DNA of 64,000 nucleotides from an uncultured Pseudomonadota bacterium (GTDB lineage Bacteria; Babelota; Babeliae; Babelales; RVW-14): NCBI GenBank assembly GCA_964534555.1, contig CAZHRK010000003.1, positions 1 to 64,000 of the forward strand, read 5' to 3'. Shown piece by piece: positions 57,911 to 64,000 of this stretch (position 1 is its first letter; each line of letters starts with the position of its first letter). The notes under the pieces were generated by a model. It saw only the letters and a program-made list of their open reading frames with translations, ran no database searches and was not told where the DNA came from. The position numbers and the translations under genes were made by a program.

Positions 57911-58537
57911 ATGGCAGATATTTTGTATCTTGGTTCACAATCAACATCACGTCAAAAGCTTCTAGAGCTTGCACAAATACCATACAAAGTTATTGGTCAT
58001 ACGAGTGACGAGCAGCCGCGTATTGGCGTAAAAGATTTTAAAGAATATGTACTGGCAGTTGCTCATGGCAAAATGCGTTCGCTTAGATTGCCTGAGCCAT
58101 CAAAGATAGATGCCCCAAGTATCTTTACGCTTACAGCAGATACCCTTATTAAAAACAATCAAACAGGGCAAGTCTATGGTAAGCCATTTAATAAGGACCA
58201 TGCGGTAAAAATGCTTCAAAGCATGCGCGGTGTGCCTGTTGAGGTTGTTACCGCTGTTTGTATTGCTCGATTTTCGCATCATGATGGGCAGTGGCACAGG
58301 GATGTTCAAGAAGAGTTTGTCAGCAGCTCAATGATTGAATTTTGGGTTGAAGATGACATGATCGAGACCTACTTTAGGGTTATGCCTCACGCACTTAAAT
58401 GTGCTGGAGCTGGAATTATCGAAGAGCACGGTCTTACTTATCTTAAGCATATTAATGGTTCGTTTGCAGGCGTTATTGGCCTTCCTCTGTATGAGCTTAG
58501 ACAGCATTTAAAAAACATGGGTTTTGTATTTGCTTAA
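57911..58537 (+). CDS. maf: Maf-like nucleoside triphosphate pyrophosphatase
   Basis: ILYLGSQSTSRQKLLELAQIPYKV N-terminus and FAGVIGLPL C-terminal motif. Confidence 0.7.
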   Translation: MADILYLGSQSTSRQKLLELAQIPYKVIGHTSDEQPRIGVKDFKEYVLAVAHGKMRSLRLPEPSKIDAPSIFTLTADTLIKNNQTGQVYGKPFNKDHAVKMLQSMRGVPVEVVTAVCIARFSHHDGQWHRDVQEEFVSSSMIEFWVEDDMIETYFRVMPHALKCAGAGIIEEHGLTYLKHINGSFAGVIGLPLYELRQHLKNMGFVFA

Positions 58538-58579
58538 TTGATACTTCTCACGCTGATTTTTGATTAACGTTAGGTTGTT

Positions 58580-59515
58580 ATGAAATATAGTACCGCATTC
58601 ATTATATGGTTGCAGTTTGCAATCCAATGTTTATTTTTGACTCCTCTTACATCTGCGCCTGCTAGCTTTGATCAAGATACTACAGCCTTAGTTAATCACG
58701 TAGTGCCTGACGAAACTGATAACAAACAAAAAATAGCAAACAGATCTTCAGGTGAAGTGGCCAGCAGCATAAAAAAAGCTGTTTTGGAGTACCTTCTGAT
58801 TTCTAATACTAATGACTTTCTATCTATAATAGTCCATGAATGGGGACATGTGCTGGGTGCATATGGTTTGCTCCCAAGACAGCCTTCTGCTGATTTTCAA
58901 ATTCATATAGGCACAGTTCCATTTTTTAATCTGCCTAAATTAATCTCTTTTGCTAACATGCACATTTATCTTGGCCCGGTCAGTTCCTCTGGCTACACGA
59001 TCTTTACAGGCGGTTGGGATATAAGTGATACATGGAAAAAGAAATGTTTTTTTGCTTCTGGTCCGGTGCTGCAGATCGTGTATCAGTACTTACTATTGTA
59101 TTTAGTTTGTTATAAAGTTTTACAAAATGATCAGGTGCCGGATTTAAGTATTAGTGCTGTGCATCGTGCAATGTTGAGTCCGTTTGAGCTTATTTCAAAA
59201 GCAAAAAATTTATCGTTAGATACAAAGCGCCGAACTATTATTTTTGTCAGTGTTATTGCTAATAATTTACTTATTGCATCGTCATACGGATTTTTCCCTT
59301 TGATGGGGACAGACGGTGATGGTGATAAAATCTGGGATCCTGTAAAAAGAGCCACCCCTGAGATTTTTTATGCAGTACAAGATACAAATTTGATCATAAC
59401 ACTAATGTCTTGGTGCGCCTTGCACTATAAAACAATCAAAAAGATTGTTGAGATTGAGAAATTAAGAATCAAAGAAAGTCAGCTAGAGCAAACGCTTAAG
59501 CCGTCTATTGTATAA
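58580..59515 (+). CDS. hypothetical secreted/membrane protein with HExxH zinc-metallopeptidase-like motif
   Basis: Signal peptide; IIVHEWGHVLGAYG; downstream hydrophobic segments. Confidence 0.4.
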   Translation: MKYSTAFIIWLQFAIQCLFLTPLTSAPASFDQDTTALVNHVVPDETDNKQKIANRSSGEVASSIKKAVLEYLLISNTNDFLSIIVHEWGHVLGAYGLLPRQPSADFQIHIGTVPFFNLPKLISFANMHIYLGPVSSSGYTIFTGGWDISDTWKKKCFFASGPVLQIVYQYLLLYLVCYKVLQNDQVPDLSISAVHRAMLSPFELISKAKNLSLDTKRRTIIFVSVIANNLLIASSYGFFPLMGTDGDGDKIWDPVKRATPEIFYAVQDTNLIITLMSWCALHYKTIKKIVEIEKLRIKESQLEQTLKPSIV

Positions 59516-59520
59516 AAACT

Positions 59521-59544
59521 AAATGGCCCCAAACGGGGCCATTT
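59521..59544. terminator. bidirectional terminator (10-bp stem)
   Basis: aaatggcccc-aaac-ggggccattttt between 59515 (+) and 59569 (-). Confidence 0.55.
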
Positions 59545-59568
59545 TTAATTTCAGTTATCTAAAAGAAC

Positions 59569-60123
59569 CTAATTCATAACCTCTTTATTATTAGGCTTCC
59601 AGTTTTTTATGATTTGTTCAAAAAGAATCTCCGCAGCTTTTTGGGAATCAGTCTTCTTGACTGGCAGCTGCTCTTCTGGTGAAGCACCTTTTTGAGCGTC
59701 TTTCATAATTCGAGCTTTTGTCTGTCGCATGCTCAACCAAAGTGTCTTCTGATCTAAGCTATCCCCCTCAATTTTTTGGAGCGTTGGCATGATGCTGTCT
59801 TTTGTTTGAGGATCAACCTGCACAACTTCCAGATTTTTGATAAGCGAAGACTCTAGAAACTCTAAAAAGGAAAGTACAGTATTATAAAGCTCTTCCTGTG
59901 TTCCTTTAAATTGTGAAGCGTCTAGTTGGTCAAATTGCTCAGCAAACCCATGATCGAGTGCGTGCTTTACTAGCGAATTAAGCATGTTTTTCTCATGCTT
60001 CATAAGCCAACTGAGCAAGCTGATAAGTTCAAAGGAAAGTGAAATCTGAGTAGTCATAGAAATCCTTTCATACTTCAGCTCTAATATACGCTTATGACGG
60101 ACCAGATGTGTTTGTGATATCAC
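59569..60123 (-). CDS. hypothetical cytoplasmic protein
   Basis: 184 aa, no signal peptide, no recognised domain. Confidence 0.45.
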   Translation of the reverse strand: MISQTHLVRHKRILELKYERISMTTQISLSFELISLLSWLMKHEKNMLNSLVKHALDHGFAEQFDQLDASQFKGTQEELYNTVLSFLEFLESSLIKNLEVVQVDPQTKDSIMPTLQKIEGDSLDQKTLWLSMRQTKARIMKDAQKGASPEEQLPVKKTDSQKAAEILFEQIIKNWKPNNKEVMN

Positions 60124-60273
60124 ACCCCCTAGTATAGGTTCTTTTTGTACAATCGTGAATAAAGTAGGCTAAAAAGCTTCTATTTTTCGAAACAGAGCGT
60201 ATTGTTACCTTGACGCGATATTCCATTTTATGCTCAACTAGCCTCGAGTTTTTAACGAGAAAAAGGTTTAGTA

Positions 60274-61557
60274 ATGAAGGTATTAAGGAATTGTATGCTT
60301 ATGGCAGCGCTTACAGCATCAGCAGGTGTTTTACATGGTAAAACACTACCAGCAGATAAAGTTTTTGACGTTTGGGTAAATAAAAAAAGCCCTGCATATC
60401 AAGCAATATTGCAAGACGTAGACTTCCGGGCCCTTGGTGAAAAAACAATCGAATCACTTCTTCCGGTCAGGACGCAGCTTGAGAAAAATAAAGATAAACT
60501 TGGCCGTCTTGGAGATTATCTCATCGCGCTTTCTGATACTGCACTGACCGACTTTTGCCGTAAGTTTATGGCGATTTTTGACGCTGATATTACTCAGCTG
60601 AGAAGTTTTTTTGCCGCTCATGGCTTTACAGCTCAAGAGTATGCCCAATCTGAAGCACGTACTAACTATTTAAGAGTTATTAACCGCTATAATATTCTTC
60701 TTGATGCTGTTTTATCATGTTATGAGTCAAAAGATGAGCTCATTGCCCTTAAAATGGCGGTAGGGAATCGATTGCTTGATATGATGATAGACACAAAAAG
60801 CAAAAGTGTTGTTGATGAAATTATTGCAGATGAAAATTGTCACACATTAATGAGATTTATTTTTTCTGTTGTTTGGCAAAACCTTTCAGGAGAAGGGTGG
60901 AAGTGGTGGCACCAAACAGCGCTTAAACGCCTTGCAGCTCTGAGCAAAAAAGGAACTAGAACAGTTTATATTGGTGGTGGGTGTGATATTCATCATCTTA
61001 TTCAGGCTGGGGTTTATAATATTACTGTTATTGATCCTATGCTGCCGTCGCAACCCAAATATTATGTTGATGAGTGGAGCTGGTTTATCCAGGGTGATGG
61101 AGAAACCAAAGGAATGGGCGACGTTATTAGTTTTGAAAAAGAAGGCGTGCAGCTTCGCCGCAGCCATTATCAGCTGATGCCTGGGCGCTTTCAGGTTACG
61201 CTTGCTGATGGGTCAGTTAAGCGCTTGCGTAAGAGTGTGACAACGTGGACTGTCGAAGAAACAAAGACAGGTAAACTTTTAGGTACCGTTGTTTTTGAGC
61301 GAAGGCTTTGTGGGCAAGATGATTTTAAACAAACATCATCCCAGCGATTGCTTATGTCTTTTAATGAGCTGTATTACGTTTGCACTGCAAATAAAGAAGA
61401 TTCATGGGGAATCGATTTGTCAAAACTTTCTAAAGAACTTGTCATTGAGGTTAAGCAAGCGCGTCACGCACTAACGCTTGACCAAATGCAGCGCCTTCAT
61501 GAGATTGACGGTTCTGATGATTTTCAATTTATTAAGCTGGGAACATGCATTAATTAA
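60274..61557 (+). CDS. hypothetical secreted protein, tandem paralog 1
   Basis: Signal peptide; shares ~45-50% identity block (WKWWHQTALKRL..TVYIGGGCDIHHLIQAGVYNITVIDPMLP) with the next gene. Confidence 0.55.
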   Translation: MKVLRNCMLMAALTASAGVLHGKTLPADKVFDVWVNKKSPAYQAILQDVDFRALGEKTIESLLPVRTQLEKNKDKLGRLGDYLIALSDTALTDFCRKFMAIFDADITQLRSFFAAHGFTAQEYAQSEARTNYLRVINRYNILLDAVLSCYESKDELIALKMAVGNRLLDMMIDTKSKSVVDEIIADENCHTLMRFIFSVVWQNLSGEGWKWWHQTALKRLAALSKKGTRTVYIGGGCDIHHLIQAGVYNITVIDPMLPSQPKYYVDEWSWFIQGDGETKGMGDVISFEKEGVQLRRSHYQLMPGRFQVTLADGSVKRLRKSVTTWTVEETKTGKLLGTVVFERRLCGQDDFKQTSSQRLLMSFNELYYVCTANKEDSWGIDLSKLSKELVIEVKQARHALTLDQMQRLHEIDGSDDFQFIKLGTCIN

Positions 61558-61569
61558 AAGGAAATGTGC

Positions 61570-62829
61570 ATGAAGGTAATTGTTTGGGGCGTATTACTCG
61601 TAGCTATGATTACACCGTGCTTTGCGGGTGAATCCATGAGCTCTGATCAAGCTTTTGCAAAGTGGCTTCGATGGCAGCGCGTCTATCATCCTCGATCTAT
61701 AGCCACAGCAAAGACGTTTCTCACTACAGAAACATTATCAACTCTTGATGAGAAAATAACAGAAATAAACACTGAGCATCCTGCCGCAGAAAAGGTTTTT
61801 TCGCATATGCTTGGTGCAGCTGGTAGGGAACCAGTAAAGAGAGAGCGTTTTGTGAAAAAACTCATGCAGGATTTAGGTGCATTTTATGATCGGTTTTTGC
61901 CTCGTCTAGCTGATGCGCTTAAGCATGATAATTATGATTACGATGCAACAACAGAAATTGGTGCAGCGGTTGATTACTACACAAGTTTTGTACGCTTTTT
62001 GTTTGCGCCGCTGGGAGATCAACTAGCGCAGGAGTACCTTTTTAGTTTTGCAGGAGATCTTTTTTTGCATTCATTTGCTACAGAGCATCATAAAACGTTG
62101 ATGAAGTACCTTGCTGATCCTGCCGAGGTTTCAACCTGTCGTAGTTTGTATAGCCTTATGTGGTACTACTTAGTTGGAGACGGCTGGAAGCACTATAATC
62201 AAGCATCTCTTGATCGTCTTAAATCAAAAGTGAAAGAAGGTAAAAGAGTTGTGTACATCGCTGGTGGGACAGATATTTATCAACTCCTGCTTTCGGGCAT
62301 TTACGCGATTGATGTGATTGATCCTATGCTTCCAACTCAAGATGAGTATTTGTCTGAGGGGTGGAACTTTTTTATACACCCACCAAGTGAAGATGCTTCT
62401 GTGAGGCTAAAAACTAAACAAGGAGATTTGCTCCTTGTGCTCAAAAGTCATGAGCAAATCGGAGAATTTGAGGCCAAGCTTTCTGATGGCTCTCTCCGTA
62501 CGATTCCAAAAACAATAACACAATGGCATGTTAAAAATAACAAAGGCAAAATCCTGGGAACTGTTACATTTTACAGGCGCTTTTGTGATCAAGAAGATTT
62601 TAGCTATGCATCAGATAGGGTTTATTTTATTTCATTTAATGAAATGTATTATCTGACGCTTGATGATGTGCATGGTGGCTGGGGGATTCGACCTGAAAAA
62701 TTCAATCCTAAGCTCAAATTATACGTAAAGCAGCTCCCAAGGCCTATTGATAAACAGGTCCTTGCAAATATTCATGAAGCTGAGTCTCAGCCGTTTAATT
62801 TTATTTTTTTAGGAAGCGTTCCTACATAG
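61570..62829 (+). CDS. hypothetical secreted protein, tandem paralog 2
   Basis: Start MKVIVWGVLLVAMITPCFA (RBS aaagga; track start 61564); WKHYNQASLDRL..VVYIAGGTDIYQLLLSGIYAIDVIDPMLP. Confidence 0.55.
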   Translation: MKVIVWGVLLVAMITPCFAGESMSSDQAFAKWLRWQRVYHPRSIATAKTFLTTETLSTLDEKITEINTEHPAAEKVFSHMLGAAGREPVKRERFVKKLMQDLGAFYDRFLPRLADALKHDNYDYDATTEIGAAVDYYTSFVRFLFAPLGDQLAQEYLFSFAGDLFLHSFATEHHKTLMKYLADPAEVSTCRSLYSLMWYYLVGDGWKHYNQASLDRLKSKVKEGKRVVYIAGGTDIYQLLLSGIYAIDVIDPMLPTQDEYLSEGWNFFIHPPSEDASVRLKTKQGDLLLVLKSHEQIGEFEAKLSDGSLRTIPKTITQWHVKNNKGKILGTVTFYRRFCDQEDFSYASDRVYFISFNEMYYLTLDDVHGGWGIRPEKFNPKLKLYVKQLPRPIDKQVLANIHEAESQPFNFIFLGSVPT

Positions 62830-62839
62830 CATTTAGAGA

Positions 62840-63973
62840 TTATATTGATGGAATTGAATGATGATGATGTGAAATGTATCGTTCAATTCCATCAGCTATC
62901 CCTTGTGCAACTGTTTTTCTATATGCTCGTGACTTAAGTCGTTTACGCTCGTCGATATTTGTTAGAAAGCCGACTTCGATAAGTGCCGCTGGTATTTGAT
63001 TCATCATGAGCACTCGTAGCTGATTCTTTTTTACCCCACGATCATTAACGCTTGGGTGAGCATCTTTTCTTACTGATTCAACAAGATTTGTATGAATAGA
63101 GCGTGCAAGGTGATGTGATTTATTAAGTGTATTGTTCAGCTCGTGCGTTATGTCGTGCGCTAGCTTGTAGTCAGTTGGCATATTAACGAAAATAAAACTA
63201 ACATTCTTACCGCCCAGCTGTTTTTTCCCATCCAGGTAAAAGCTTTCGATGCCTTCATGGCGTGATGATGGGTAAATACCTGATGAATTAACATGGATTG
63301 ACACAAACATGTCTGCCTTCATTTGGCCAGCAAGATTACAACGATCAGCAAGACTTAGTGTTTTGTCTGTGGTGCGAGTCATAAGCGCATTAATTTTTCG
63401 CTGCTTGAGGATTTTTTGCACCTCATGCGCTATTGAAAGCGTTAGCTGTTTTTCCATGGTGCCACATGGTGCAGTGGTACCGTTTTCACTGCCTCCGTGG
63501 CCAGCGTCTATCATAACTCTAAGTTCTGTTCTTTTTTTTTTTTCACCGCTGAGCTCCGAATCGTACTGTAGAGTATCGTTTGAAGCAACCTGTATCAAAG
63601 CATCTTTACGCTTAAAGAGCTCAAGGTCTTCGCGCGAAAAAATGTTGAGAATGAATCTATGCGGATTATCCAGTAAGCAGGTTTTAATAAGGAATTCAGA
63701 CGGTTTACCTTTTTGATCTTTGTTCTGTACAAGATTAAGAGCTAGTACAACCCCAGGCTTAGCACCTGTTTGTTGTTTGATCGAAAAAGATCGAATAAGC
63801 CCAATATCTTTAAGCACCCCAAGTTTTCGGGTAATGCTTTCAGCGTTGCATGAATGGTAGTCAACCTGTGGGAAGAAAAGCTTGAGCTGATTATTTTTTG
63901 GTAAAATTTTGCGCTCACATTTTACAGGGAATGCAAAATCAAACATAATTTGCGTTGAGAGCCGATGCTTCAC
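62840..63973 (-). CDS. amiC: N-acetylmuramoyl-L-alanine amidase (AmiC-like, AMIN + Amidase_3 domains)
   Basis: RVMIDAGHGGSENGT...EKQLTLSIAHEVQKILKQ...DMFVSIHVNS...IEVGFLTN. Confidence 0.8.
   Translation of the reverse strand: MKHRLSTQIMFDFAFPVKCERKILPKNNQLKLFFPQVDYHSCNAESITRKLGVLKDIGLIRSFSIKQQTGAKPGVVLALNLVQNKDQKGKPSEFLIKTCLLDNPHRFILNIFSREDLELFKRKDALIQVASNDTLQYDSELSGEKKKRTELRVMIDAGHGGSENGTTAPCGTMEKQLTLSIAHEVQKILKQRKINALMTRTTDKTLSLADRCNLAGQMKADMFVSIHVNSSGIYPSSRHEGIESFYLDGKKQLGGKNVSFIFVNMPTDYKLAHDITHELNNTLNKSHHLARSIHTNLVESVRKDAHPSVNDRGVKKNQLRVLMMNQIPAALIEVGFLTNIDERKRLKSRAYRKTVAQGIADGIERYISHHHHSIPSI
63531..63542 (-). repeat. 12-13-nt poly(A) coding homopolymer (plus-strand poly-T) inside amiC
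   Basis: Plus strand gttc-T(12-13)-cacc; encodes GEKKKRT; approximate coordinates. Confidence 0.5.
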
Positions 63974-64000
63974 AACCTCAACCCAATTTACTTTGTTTGG

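Noticed and set aside
1-64000. Search for CRISPR arrays, IS elements, integrases, rRNA, tmRNA/SRP/RNase P RNA
   Set aside because: No spaced direct repeats, transposase or integrase signatures or conserved ncRNA cores recognised by eye; the tRNAs are not flanked by att-like repeats

Overview
This 64-kb chromosomal window comes from a moderately AT-rich bacterium that looks host-associated. Several proteins carry eukaryote-type domains, and GyrA is unusually divergent (GNWGS where GNFGS is typical), so I cannot place the lineage from sequence alone.

Housekeeping genes are scattered through the window: ltaE, trmB, an ABC-2 exporter pair, a Bcr/CflA-type MFS pump, two DMT/EamA transporters, a BI-1/YccA homolog, an NfeD-flotillin pair, an FKBP lipoprotein, rpmH, a trigger-factor-like gene, tRNA-Leu(TAG), tRNA-Lys(CTT), ruvB, brnQ, yebC, yicC, a GT9 glycosyltransferase, a pgsA-pgpA fusion, gyrA, dprA, maf and an AmiC-type amidase.

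Between them sits an unusually dense set of more than 25 ORFs with Sec-type signal peptides and no assignable function. Several of these show eukaryote-like or effector-like sequence signatures:
- a RING-H2 zinc finger (43479..43871), a frameshifted second RING-H2 copy (10366..10666) and two tandem RING-variant paralogs (45613..47232);
- two cPLA2-type (GGGxR / GxSGS) lipases;
- two paralogous Cys...His papain-fold hydrolases with UCH/OTU-like Cys boxes;
- a 1650-aa secreted protein with tectonin-type propeller repeats and a histone-H1-like lysine/alanine tail;
- a secreted zeta-toxin-like P-loop protein;
- a signal-peptide protein carrying a MutS domain-V ATPase.

The stretch from about 43.4 to 47.3 kb, between brnQ and yebC, packs RING-H2, cPLA2, RING-like and RING-like genes together and looks like a compact eukaryote-mimicry island.

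A D-amino-acid-oxidase homolog appears circularly permuted. Convergent gene pairs are separated by strong GC-rich hairpin terminators. I found no CRISPR array, transposase, integrase or rRNA.
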